This document shows positions 37,312 to 48,821 of a DNA stretch of 64,000 bases, piece after piece. Each line of letters begins with the position of its first letter. Position 1 is the stretch's first letter. The DNA comes from Azolla caroliniana (taxonomy: Eukaryota > Plantae > Polypodiophyta), in contig JBHGNT010000004.1 of assembly GCA_043228905.1 (NCBI GenBank), positions 16,120,001 to 16,184,000 of the forward strand, written 5' to 3'. The translations under genes and the position numbers were made by a program. Below the pieces are notes generated by a model. That model had not been told where the DNA came from, did not search any database, and saw only the letters and a program-made list of their open reading frames with translations.

Positions 37312-37741
37312 TGTCATGAATACATAAGCATCATGAATATACAAGCATCATGGCTTCACTTGGTCTTGAACCCAAGACCTTGTAATACATAATCAAGAAC
37401 CTAACCATTAAGATAGAATATGATCATATGAAATAATAAAAGCTACTTCTTGTAATAGACTGACTATTGTAAATGTTCTGAAACATTCTAGAACATTCTA
37501 GAATATCCTAGAACATCTTAGAATATTCTAGGTCTAGAACATTCTAGAACATTATAGAAATCACTAGAATATAGGAACCTATAAATATAGACATATAATT
37601 CTTCTCAAACTAATTCGAATCAACACTAGTCTTAAGCTTTCATCGCCTATCTTGTATCCATCTTCATTCTATCTTATTAATACATTCATTCTTCTCTTGT
37701 TGTGATCTCTTTACACTCTATCTTTTCTCTTGGTTCTGATA
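37312..37741 (+). repeat. 5' LTR of the chromovirus
   Basis: TGTCA...TGATA (decayed TGACA); first 71 bp repeated at 48030-48100; TATA box at 37580-37587. Confidence 0.85.
37476..37570 (+). promoter_or_regulatory. Heat-shock element array (nGAAnnTTCn repeats) in LTR U3
   Basis: About nine 10-bp GAACATTCTA-like units directly upstream of TATAAATA. Confidence 0.75.
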
Positions 37742-37743
37742 GT

Positions 37744-37750
37744 TTGATTC

Positions 37751-37755
<5 letters not shown>
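37744..37755 (+). promoter_or_regulatory. Self-priming PBS (Tf1 type)
   Basis: TTGATTCGAATT is the exact reverse complement of 37612-37623, about 32 nt after the TATA start; no TGG tRNA PBS follows the LTR. Confidence 0.75.
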
Positions 37756-37788
<33 letters not shown>

Positions 37789-37805
37789 CCCCCCCCCGCC
37801 CCCCC
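37755..37805 (+). repeat. (TC)n microsatellite plus poly-C in the 5' UTR
   Basis: Directly visible. Confidence 0.9.
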
Positions 37806-37834
37806 TTATCCTCCTCTATAAACATCATGAAACC

Positions 37835-38995
37835 ATGGCTATCATCAACTCAGAAGAATATCTCACCCTTGTTGCAGAAATGGAGAATCTTAAATCGAAG
37901 TTCGCATCTCTCGAATTAGAGAATCAACATCTTCTTGGGGATCTACAAAAGGTTACTGTGGAGAAGCAACAACAAGAAGAAGAGTTTACGCGACGGGTGC
38001 AACAATTAGAATCGACAATTGTAATTTTACAACAACAAAGGGTCGAAGGTCAAGGAAATATTAAGGAGCCCAAAATTAGTCTCTCGGTTAAATTTGATGG
38101 TTTAAGGGCGCATTTCCGAGGCTTCTTGAATCAAGTGCAGTTGGTAATCCAAATGCATCCCACGCGTTATCTGATAGATGCATCACGAGTCAAGTTAGTG
38201 GGTAGCTTATTGAGTGGCATAGCATTGTCATGGTTTGCTCCATTACTAGAGACAAATTCTCTACTACATAATTTCGAGGAGTTTGTCAAAGAATTTAAGG
38301 CTTGCTTCGGAGATACAGATGGGGCAAGAACGATAATCAACAAGATTCGTACACTACATCAAGGTGATCAACTAGCCTCAACATATGCAGCTAATTTTTG
38401 TCTCATCGCAAGTGATATTCCTTGGGATGAACAAGCCCTAATGGAGCAATTTTGTTCCGGTCTTCGTAGTGAGGTGAAGGACTTACTTCCTACCTTCCCC
38501 GAGGATTCAAAATCACTTACAGAAGCTATTAGTCGAGCAATATGGTGTGATAATCGTCTTTTTGAGCGTCGATGTGAGAAACAACAACAAATAACAAGAT
38601 CAAGATACACACCAACTTATGCATCAGTAACAACGCAATCGTCTCCAAGGCAAACGTATAGCCCTACTCCAACCCCAAGGCAAACACGTAGCCCAGCCCC
38701 AGTGGATAGGCCGACGCCCATGGAGATCGATATGACCCAACGTCGAGGACCATTGTCAGAAGAAGAGAAGTAACGACGCCGAGCAAACCATTTGTGCTTA
38801 TATTGCGGAGGTCTAGGACACATAGTCATTCATTGCTCCCGTAGGCCGAGACGTCAGGTAAATCACATTCACTATGACAATAAAAATGAGTCCAGCATTT
38901 TAGAAGCACTTAGTGATTCTAATATTATGAATAATCCACCCTTGTCCAATAAGTTTGAAGTCCTAAGCCAATTAGAAGAAGAGTCAAATGAATAA
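37835..38995 (+). pseudogene. gag: gag of the chromovirus (one internal stop)
   Basis: KFDG, LSGIALSW, PMEID and CLYCGGLGHIVIHC motifs. Confidence 0.9.
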
Positions 38996-39021
38996 GTCTG
39001 GCCAAAATAGGAGTCATTTGG

Positions 39022-41510
39022 TTGGACAACCCTAGCTTTGTACAACCGAGTGTATGTTCCATTTCATCTAAGCATGTTAGTAGAGTCTTCTCATCCCAAG
39101 TACAAGTTAGGACACCGAGTTGCCAACTTCACGTCCAAGCCCTCTTAGATACCGGAGCCAATTCTTGTTTCATGGATAGAGATTTTGCCCAAAAACATAA
39201 AATATCCTTGCATACACTTCCTTGCCCAGTTTCTGTAGTAGTGATTGATGGACGTCCCATAGCTTCCGGGAAGATATTCGAAGAGTCTGAGCCAATATAC
39301 ATACTCTTAGGTGATTTAGGATGTGTAGTTTCCTTCAATATAATCTGTAGGCTCGAGCATCCAATTGTCCTTGGTTTGCCATGGTTTGAGCTACATAACC
39401 CACAAATTGATTGGAGGAGAGAAATTTGGTGCCCTTTTGCAGAAAACATCATTGTTAAGGATCGAACCCAGGACTATTCCCTTAAAGAATATAGTTCTAC
39501 CAGTGCACCATCTCCTTTTCACCAAATCTCAACTATCACATTGCAACAAATGTTCCAAATGGGAGGAAAGGAGGAACTTTTTTTGTTTGCAATATCAGTG
39601 ACACCTTCTAGTGCCACTCAAGGGAGTTCAGACATCCAAATTCCTGAAAAATTCAAGAATATGTTGATGTTTTCGACAAAGTCAAAGCTAGTGTACTCCC
39701 AAAGCATTGGCCGTACGATTGTCCCATTGACCTCCAACCAAGAAAAGAGCCATCGTGGGGTCCGATCTACAATTTGTCACCAACTGAGCTTGAGGTTCTT
39801 CGACAATACATCGAGGAGAATCTTGCACATGGGTTTATTCGACATTCAAAATCTCCAACAGGTGCTCCAATATTTTTTGTGAAGAAAAAGGACGGGTCGC
39901 TTCGTTTGGTCGTGGACTATTGGGGATTAAATAAAGTCACCATAAGAAATAGGTATGCTCTTCCTTTAATCTCCAGTCTTTTAGAGCGCATTGGTGGGGC
40001 AAAACATTTTACAAATATTGATTTAAGGGGTGCATATAATCTTGTTCGCATTCGACCGGGAGATGAGTGGAAAACGGCATTTCGCACTCGCTATGGTCAT
40101 TTCGAGTATACAGTCATGCCTTTTGGGCTCACAAATGCACCCTCAGTTTTTTGGGATTTTCTGGATATCTTTCTCATAATCTATTTAGATGATTTGTTGA
40201 TCTACTCTAAAACACAGGAGAAGCATGATATACATGTCCGGAAAGTACCTAAACGCTTAAGAAAGTATGGTCTATATGCTAAACTTGAGAAGTGTAGTTT
40301 TGACAACGAACAAGTTGAATTCTTAGGTTATACTATTTCATCTAAGGGTATCTTCATGGATCCAGCAAAAGTCAAAACAATATTGGAATGGCAACCCCCA
40401 CGTTCTGTTCGAGAGGTCCAATGCTTCCTCGGATTTGCTAACTTCTATCGCAAATTCATACGGAATTATTCAAAGAAAGCGTTGCCTCACACCCAACTCA
40501 CTAAGAAGAATCAAGCATATGTTTGGACTATGGAAGCGGACACAACCTTTACTTAGCTCAAAGAGGCATTCATATCAGCTCCTATATTAGCACATATTAA
40601 TCCCAAAATCCATTTACCATTAAAGCGGATGCGTCAGACTTTGCATTGGGGAGTATCCTATCCCAACTAGGCAAGGACGGGCAGTCCCATCCAGTCGCGT
40701 TTCACTCGAGAAAATTTACTGCTGCGGAGATAAACTATGAGGTGCATGACAAGGAGTTACTAGTTGTGGTTGGCAACATTTCTTGGAAGGATCGCATCAT
40801 CAAATCATCATTTATAGTGATCACAAAAATCTTACGTATTTTCAAACGGCTCGAGTGTTAAATAGGAGACAAGCTCGGTGGGCACAGTTTCTAACTTGTT
40901 TTGATTTCATGATCGTTTTCCACCCTGGGAAGCAACAAGGGAAGCTAGATGCTCTATCTCGACGTTCATATCTCACACCTCAACTTGGAGATCCGGCCTT
41001 CGACAACCAAAAGCAAATTCTACTAGGTCCTTCAAAGCTACAAGCAACAACAGTTTATGCCATGCCGCTGGATTCACGCCTTGTTGATACTATTCGGCAA
41101 CAACTTCACTCTGATGATTTCGCTATGGATATCTCAGCCCACATTAGTCCAAGCCATGCATCTTTCTCCACAATGCCAGGTTCATCTCTGAGTCAACATT
41201 ATCAAGAATTCAAGTGGCAAGATGGCTTACTCTTTTACAAGAATCTCCTTTACGTCCTTGATGGATCACCTCGCCTTGTAGTCAGGAAACCGCAGATATC
41301 GTTATGCGTGAAGTATTTCGCCATCATGGTCTTCTAGAAGATATAATTATTGATCGTGGTCCTCAATTTATCTCTCACTTTTGGAAGCACCTATGGGCAA
41401 GCCTCAAAATATCCTGCAAACTCTCTTCTGCTTATCATCCACAAACCGACGAACAAACAGAGCGCATGAATCAAACACTCGAGCAATATCTTCGATGCTT
41501 CATCAGTTTT
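39022..41510 (+). pseudogene. pol: pol (PR-RT-RH-INT N-part) of the chromovirus
   Basis: [37 protein letters not shown] and SAYHPQTD; integrase zinc finger deleted near 41284. Confidence 0.9.
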
Positions 41511-42039
41511 TGTTGAGAGACAAGCTCAACATCGGCCGGATCGGCTAAGCAAGCCGAGGACTGGATCGGTTGGGACTGATCGGTTAGGCTGGACCGGTGC
41601 ATAAAACGGATACGCAAACCGGTGCGTAAACCAAAAGGCCGTTAGAAGAGATATTCCTCGTAAGGAATAGTTTTGGGAGTAAGTGTCGAGGCTCATTTAT
41701 GAGCAGTCAAGTACTATCAGTACTTGTGTCAGCCTGATTGTCAGGGCTTGTATAAAAGGTGCTCACTGAGCACGGTGTATGTAGAGAGTTAGTATTTTTT
41801 GAATTGAGGTTTTTGTGTGTTCTCTCTCTGTCTAGAGTTAGTATTTTTTGAATTGAGGTTTTTGTGTGTTCTCTCACTGAGCACGGTGTATGTATAGAGA
41901 GTTAGTATTTTTTGAATTGAGGTTTTTGTGTGTTCTCTCTCTATCTCTCCCGCGTACTGTGCATACTCAAGCTCTCCATTAAACCTACGTATTTTCTGTG
42001 TGTTTGGTTTTCTACTGCTTCCGCACATAATCTTTTACA
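41511..42039 (+). repeat. 5' LTR of J (with internal duplications)
   Basis: Matches 46884-47324; AGAGTTAGTATTTTTTGAATTGAGG block present three times. Confidence 0.92.
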
Positions 42040-42121
42040 TGGTATTAGAGCATGAGGGTTGAGAACCTCTGCAGTCGACTTTGCTTGAAGGGAAAACTAA
42101 CGAAGAAGAACAAGAAAACCG

Positions 42122-45100
42122 ATGGATAGAGGAATGACTAGCTGGCTTCCGACGGAGAAGCTCGACAGAACCAACTACGCATCTTGGTCCTACAAGATGC
42201 ACCAGTACTTGCTCGGACACGGTTACTGGAGCTATGTCGATGGAGCAAATGACACATCACCCGATTCGACACACAAAGACTTCCCGACGTGGGAACAATC
42301 AGCCAGCAGAGTGTTGTACTGTTTCCCGTCTTGTGTGGGTGAAGAACTATTAACCTACGTTCTGGATGCAAAAACGCCGAAGGGTGTGTGGGAAAATCTG
42401 AAGAAGATCTTCGTCGCGAGCACCACAGCCAGGAAGCTTCAGCTCCGACAGGAGTTGAGAAACCTATGAGAACGCAATTTGTCGGTGGCTGACTATACCT
42501 CGAAGGTCAAGGACATATGCGACTCCTTAGCTTCCATCGATGTGAACATCGAGGAAAGCGAGATGGTCCTGGTCCGTCTCGGGGGTTTGGCGTCAAAGTT
42601 TGGAGTGTTCCGAACTGCTATGTGTACACAGGAGAATACACCGTCGTTTTTCGACTTACAGTCGATGCTCCTTATAGAGGAGAACCATGCGGGTGCGTCA
42701 ACAAGCACGCATGCCGACAACAAGATGTTGTACACGGAGGGAGAGAGGCCCCATGGTCATGGCGGACGAGGCGAGTCGGTACGCAATGGAGGCAGCCGAT
42801 GGGATCAAGGAAGAAGGCACCGAGGTGATGCCGACTACAATTCCGGACCCTCTGGAAACATGGGGAGTCGAGGCGACGAGAACCGGCAAGGGAAATCCGC
42901 CGCGGAATGTTGGTACTGTGGGGCCACAGGGAGAGCAAGTGTTGGAAAAAGCACGCCGATTTGGAGAGAACCAGGCCCGGAACAGGTTCCGGACAGACCG
43001 ACAAAGGAAATCGGCAACGATCGCACTACGCCGAATGAGCTGGAGAAGCCGGAAAAGGGTTAGTCTTCATGACGAGACACGAAGCAAACTCAATGAAGAA
43101 GATCACCCCGAACTCGGAGGAGGTATGGTACGTCGACTCCGGCGCGTCAAATCACATGACGAGCCATAAGGAGTGGTTCTCGTACCTAGAAAAACTGATG
43201 CAACCGGGAGTAGTCGCAACCGGAGACGGCACTCCGCATCCGATCGCGAATGTCAGAGAAGTTCCCTTGAGCCATGTTGGGTAGAAAGGGAAACTCATGA
43301 ACATGCTACACGTTCCGACAATCACGAAGAACTTGGTGTCAGACGGACGGATCGTCGACCAGGGGATGCAGGTTCGGTTTACACATCCCGGGTGCTTCAT
43401 TGAGGAAGAAGGTCGAGTTATTGCGCAAGGACGCAGAGACGGGAGGATGTTTATCCTCGACTCTAGTGACGGTGGCACCGCAATGTTCGGGAAAGGACAA
43501 AAAGTCAAGTCGGACATTCACCTATGGCACAAGCGGATAGGCCACGTCAACGATCAACGACTTCAGGACCTACAATCAAAACAGGTGGTGTTCAGATTGC
43601 CCAAATTTAGTGGCCGGAAGGCACAAATTTGTGAAGCCTGCCAGCTTGGGAAGCAACACAGACTTCCCTTCCTCAACGAGTGTAACCAGAGCTGGAACAA
43701 GCTCGACTTGATACACTCCGATGTGTGGGGGCCGGCACAAAACGTTAGTCTTGGCGGGAGCCGATATTTCGTCTCCTTCATCGACGACTACACGCGGCAC
43801 ACGTGGATCTACCTCATTGAGAGGAAGAGCGAAGTCTTCGACTATTTCTAGGACCTCAAAGGGTTCGTGGAAATGGACACAAGAAGGAAGATCAAGTGCC
43901 TGCGGTCGGATGGCGGAAAAGAATACTTTTCCAGTCAATTCAACGGTTATCTACAATAGATGGGAATTCGGCGCGAATTCAGTTGTAGATACACGCCGGA
44001 GCAAAACGGCGTGGCCGAGAGGAAAAATCGGTTGGTTGTGGAAGTGGTGCGGGCAATGATGGAAGAAAAGAGCTTGCCCAAGTTCTATTGGGCCGAGGCG
44101 GTACGAACCGCAATATACATCCAGAACTGGATTGGAGACAAAGTGTCAACGCATGAGCTATATTTTGGAACGAAGCCGAACTTGCGACACTTACGAGTTT
44201 TTGGTAGCATTGCGTATGTGCATGTGCCGAAGGAGAAACGGAGGAAGCTGGATGCAAAGGCCGAGAAATGTATCTTGGTCGGTTACTCGGACGAGCAGAA
44301 GGGTTATAAGTGTTATAACCCGCGCACCAAACAAGCGCGCGTGAGCCGCGACGTTGTGTTTGACGAGTCTACATCCTGGTACCTGCCTTCGACTCCAGAC
44401 CTCACCTCCAGTCCGAGTTCTGACGATGAGGTCAGCGAAGCCGAGATGCCTCCAGATGAGCCTGAAATCGGGATCCGCGAAGAGAGTCCGATTTTGTTTT
44501 GGTTAAGTGGATCGAATGAACGACTGAGTCGGTTCAACTAGTCCGATGAAGAGCCTGCGAGTAGTGGAGACTCGGCCGTGCATTCCCCGTGTAGGATGCC
44601 GAGGAGACGGCTAACGAGCAAAGAGAAAGGGAAGAAGAAGGTGTCGGATTCCGGCACGGATAGGAACGACTTAGACCGACGCGAGTCTGACTCCAAGGGA
44701 CGCGGTGATGGGTCTTCAAGAGTGAAGTCGGCGTCGGCCGAGAAGACCTTGACATCGGCTAATGACCGATTACGCCGATCTACCCACCAGAAGAACCTAA
44801 TTGTGTGGTTCGGATACAATGAGTACATGGCGCATCATTATGCGTACATGACCCGTGTAGCGGAAGTGCGTGAGCCGGAGAGCTACGCAGAAGTGGCTAA
44901 GGGCGTGAATTGGCACGCCGCGATGGAGGAAGAGATGCATGCATTGGCGTAAAACGAGACCTAAGACCTGGTTGATGCACCGAAGGGTGTGAAGCCAATC
45001 AGATGTAGGTGGGTGTACAAGGTCAAGTACAACACCGACGGCTCTGTCAACCGATACAAGCCCGGTTAGTGGCCAAAAGCTACGCGCAGAAACACGGCAT

Positions 45101-46840
45101 TGACTACGATGAGACGTTTGCGCCGGTCACGAAGATGACGCGGTAGCTGCGGCAAAGGGGTGGCACTTACATCAGATGGATGTAAAGAATACGTTCCTAC
45201 AAGGTGAGCTTGAGGAATAGGTGTACATGGTACAGCCCCCCCGATTTCACTCCGGAACGAACACGTCGGTAGTGTGCCGATTGAAGAAGTCCCTTTACGG
45301 ACTGAAGCAAGCCCCGTGTGCCTGGAACGCGAAGATCATGCAGCAACTGCATCGGATGGGCTTTGCAACGTCAAAATCGGACTCTTCCCTGTTCATTCGG
45401 AAAGGTCAACTCGGTCCGGTTAGCATTTTACTATATGTTGATGACTTGGTCATCACCGGCACCGACCTAGGTGAAATCGACCGCATGAAGCTCCAACTTG
45501 CGGCATCATTCAACATGAAGGATCTGGGGGACCTTCATTACTTCCTCGGGATCGAAGTGATCGGCACCCTCAAAGGCGTACTGATCAGCCAACATCATTA
45601 CGTGTTGAATATGCTCTTCAAATTCGGGATGGCGGACTGTAAGTCCGTCTCGACTCCTCTGGATAGAACTGTCAAACTTCGCCCCAATTCCGGAAAGGTA
45701 TGCGACCAGATGAGGTTCCGACAAATTGTCGGAAGCCTTATCTACTTGACAATCACCCGACCCGATCTCAGTTATCTGGTCGGGGTGATCAGTCAGTTCA
45801 TGGCACGACCTACCGAGGAGCACCTTCAGTGTGCGCAACGCGTATTGCGGTACGTAAGCGGCAGTAAGGACCGGGGACTGCTATATCGGACCGGTACAGC
45901 CTCGCAGTTGGTCGGCTACACCGATGCTGATTGGGCTGGCAACGCCGCCGATCGCCGATCCACGTCCGGATATGCGTTCTCTCTTGGGAGTGTTGCGATA
46001 GCGTGGAGCAGTAAGAAGCAGCCGACAGTTGCACTGTCGAGCACCGAAGCTGAGTATAGAGGAGCGGTTGTCGCGACATGCGAAGCCATATGCTTGAAGC
46101 AGCTACTTAAGGATCTACAGTTGGAGGTGTCCGATCCAACGACTATCTACTGCGACAACCTCAGCATCATCCAGCTCGCGAAGAACCCCGTTTTCCACGT
46201 ACGGACCAAGCACATTGAGGTGCACTACCATTTTGTCCGTGAGCGTGTCCTTTCTGGTGAAGTCGAACTTCAGTATGTTCCGACGGATCGGCAAACTGCC
46301 TACATCTTCACCAAGCCTCCTGGTCTAGACAAGTTGCGGCAATTCTCGGGTACGCTTGGGTTGCGTCACCTCAACGTGCCGAACATGAGGGGGAGAGACG
46401 TCCCGAATGACCACGGAAGAGGGAGAGAAGTTCCGGAAGACGAAGACCTCGACACCGAGTCGGATGACAAATTCGACTTCGGATCAGCTAAAGAAGCCGA
46501 GGGCGGATCCACGGAAAAGCCGAAGCCAATCAAGTATGGGGGAGATGACGTCGTCAAGGGCAAGAAGATCGAAGATGAGTTGGAGACATCCAACTCGGAC
46601 AAGAGAGAAAACCGATTGGAGCTAGCCGAGTCGTTTTGGATGTTTGATTCGGATACACTGAATCAACTGAGGGCCAAGCGGAAAAGAAGGCAGCAGGAGA
46701 AGCGCCAACACCGTGACAACAAGGGAGTTGTGAAGGGCTGTGGGAGCAAACAAGCCGACGGGAAGGGTCGAAGCGCGCAGAGTCGAACAGGCCGAGGAGC
46801 GCGAGTGAGGCGTGGAGCCAGGAGGAACCGGAGCGATTGA
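42122..46840 (+). pseudogene. pol: gag-pol of copia J, with a long C-terminal extension
   Basis: WYVDSGAS, HSDVWGP, PEQNGVAERKNR, SLYGLKQ, YVDDL, DADWAG and TKHIEV; stops and frameshifts. Confidence 0.93.
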
Positions 46841-46883
46841 TCCGGAAGATCCCGAAGAGCCTCAAGTTGAGCTTGAGGGGGAG

Positions 46884-47324
46884 TGTTGAGAGACAAGCTC
46901 AACATCGGCCGGATCAGCTGAGCAAGCCAAGGACCGGATCAGTTGGGACCGATCAGTTAGGCCGGACCGGTGCGTAAAACGGATACGCAAACCGGTGCGT
47001 AACGAGAGGCCGTATCGGTGCGTAAACCGAAAGGCCGTTAGAAGAGATATTCCTCGTAAGGAATAGTTTTGGGAGTAAGTGTCAAGGCTCATTTATGAGC
47101 AGTTAAGTACTGTCAGTACTTGTGTCAACCCGATTGTAAGGGCTTGTATAAAAGGTGCTCAATGAGCACGGTGTATGTATAGAGAGTTAGTATTTTTTGA
47201 ATTGAGGTTTTTGTGTGTTCTCTCTCTGTCTCTCCCGCGTACTGTGCATACTCAAGCTCTCCATTAAACCTGCGTATTTTCTGTGTGTTTGGTTTTCTAT
47301 TGCTTCCGCACATAATCTTTTACA
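46884..47324 (+). repeat. 3' LTR of J
   Basis: TGTTG...TACA directly after the PPT. Confidence 0.92.
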
Positions 47325-48016
47325 GTTATCAACAACATGATTGGAGTAATATTCTACATCTCGCTGAGTTTACATACAATAACACAAAACACACTTCTAC
47401 CAAGGTTACACCTTTCTTTGTGTACACCGGCAACCATCCTCGATGGTGTATCTTGGATTTTCCCAAGGTCGCTCAAAACTCTAGTGCTGAGCATCATCTT
47501 CATCGACTACATCGAATTCAGTTAGCATTATCTTCACATCTTCAAACAGCTTAAGCACAACATAAGACCAACGTTGATCGCCATTGTCTTAAGTCACCTT
47601 TCAAGGTTGATAATGATTATCAACGCTTAGGTCCTTTTCTCATCACTACACGTATTAACGATGCCACCTTTCGTCTTAATCTTCTAGCATACATGTGGCT
47701 TCACCTAGTTTTTCATAACTCTCTTTTGGAGCCTTGTCGCACCTCTTCCATTCCAAATCGTGTCGTGCCACCTCCGCCCTCTGTCCAACTTGTTGATGGC
47801 CCTGAATACGAGGTAGCTGCTATTCTCGATTCAAAGATTGTGCGAAATAAGCTCTCTATTATCTGGTTGATTGGGTAGGCTATCCTCCAAGTGATCGCAC
47901 TTGGGAACCCATCAATAATGTTTCTAATGCTCAAGCTCTTGTCAAAGACTTCCATCGCCGTTATCCAAACATACCGGGCCCTACATTGTTAACGACGACT
48001 TCCACTCGTCGTTCTC
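47325..48016 (+). pseudogene. pol: Integrase C-terminus and chromodomain of the chromovirus
   Basis: AEFTYNN and LGPF; EYEVAAILDSK...YYLVDWVGYPPSDRTWEP...VKDFH (frameshifted). Confidence 0.88.
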
Positions 48017-48029
48017 GAAGGGGAGATAG

Positions 48030-48100
48030 TGTCATGAATACATAAGCATCATGAATATACAAGCATCATGGCTTCACTTGGGCTTGAACCCAAGACCTTG
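48030..48100 (+). repeat. Truncated 3' LTR of the chromovirus
   Basis: Nearly identical to 37312-37382. Confidence 0.9.
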
Positions 48101-48318
48101 AATCCAGATGTAGACCGGCCGGTGTCCGCATCACCCGACATGTCTGAATCGGGGAATCCTTCCAATAGAGGTTTACCAGAGCCGAACTGGAGGCACATGC
48201 TCGAGGTGACTTTCAGGTACCCGAGTATCCACTTGACTATTGCTCAGTGGTCCTTTCTCGAATTGCTCATGAACCGGCTGACCACTCCGATTGCATATCC
48301 GATGTCTGGCAAGGTACA
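48101..48318 (-). pseudogene. Copia RT/RH fragment of the G family
   Basis: CTLPDIGYAIGVVSRFMSN...DSDMSGDADTGRSTSG, homologous to ~26995-27210. Confidence 0.85.
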
Positions 48319-48775
48319 TGTTACCGATACGAAACACTGTCTATCTCAGTCCTTCGAGATAGACCTCGAGGTGATTGTGTTGCAAGGTATGCCATCACAC
48401 GAGGCATGTGTCGTACTCCGTTGGTTTCATAACAATGCGTAGCTATTGGTGAAGGTTCACGGCTACGACCGAGAACCTGAGTGCGCTACTACGCTACTCG
48501 TGCCCTATGCTTACAGAGACGTACTTACGAATAGTACACAGATTACACAAGACAGCATGGGTAGCCCAGACATAGAAAATCAGAGAAGATAAGATACTAT
48601 TAGAAAAGAAAACCTCACGCTCCAAAATTACACGTTGCCTCTTACAGAGGATTTCTGCCTATACACAGGGCGTTCAGCCGTTCATGCTTCCCGCGTGAAC
48701 CGTTACAATTCTTTTCTTAATGCTTCTAATATATTTATGCATTCTGTTCAGCGGTTACAATTCCGGCGAACAACA
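48319..48775 (-). repeat. 3' LTR of F (inner boundary uncertain)
   Basis: Ends ATCGGTAACA on minus, as does 21157-21625. Confidence 0.7.
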
Positions 48776-48821
48776 CCTGGCACGCCTATGGGACACTGCC
48801 ATGGCACGTCAAACCCATCCC

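Larger units (their letters stand above)
41511..47324 (+). mobile_element. Full-length Ty1/copia element J (D family)
   Basis: LTRs 41511-42039 and 46884-47324; TSD GTTTT/GTTAT; PBS TGGTATTAGAGC at 42040-42051; PPT at 46875-46883. Confidence 0.95.
37312..48100 (+). mobile_element. Tcn1-like chromovirus (Ty3/gypsy), interrupted by copia J, 3' LTR truncated
   Basis: LTR, gag, PR LLDTGA, RT DLRGAYN and YLDD, RH, INT, chromodomain, PPT at 48017-48029. Confidence 0.92.

Noticed and set aside
38960-39030. gag/pol frameshift signal in the chromovirus
   Set aside because: The frames differ by -1, but no clear slippery heptamer survives and only one decayed copy is available.
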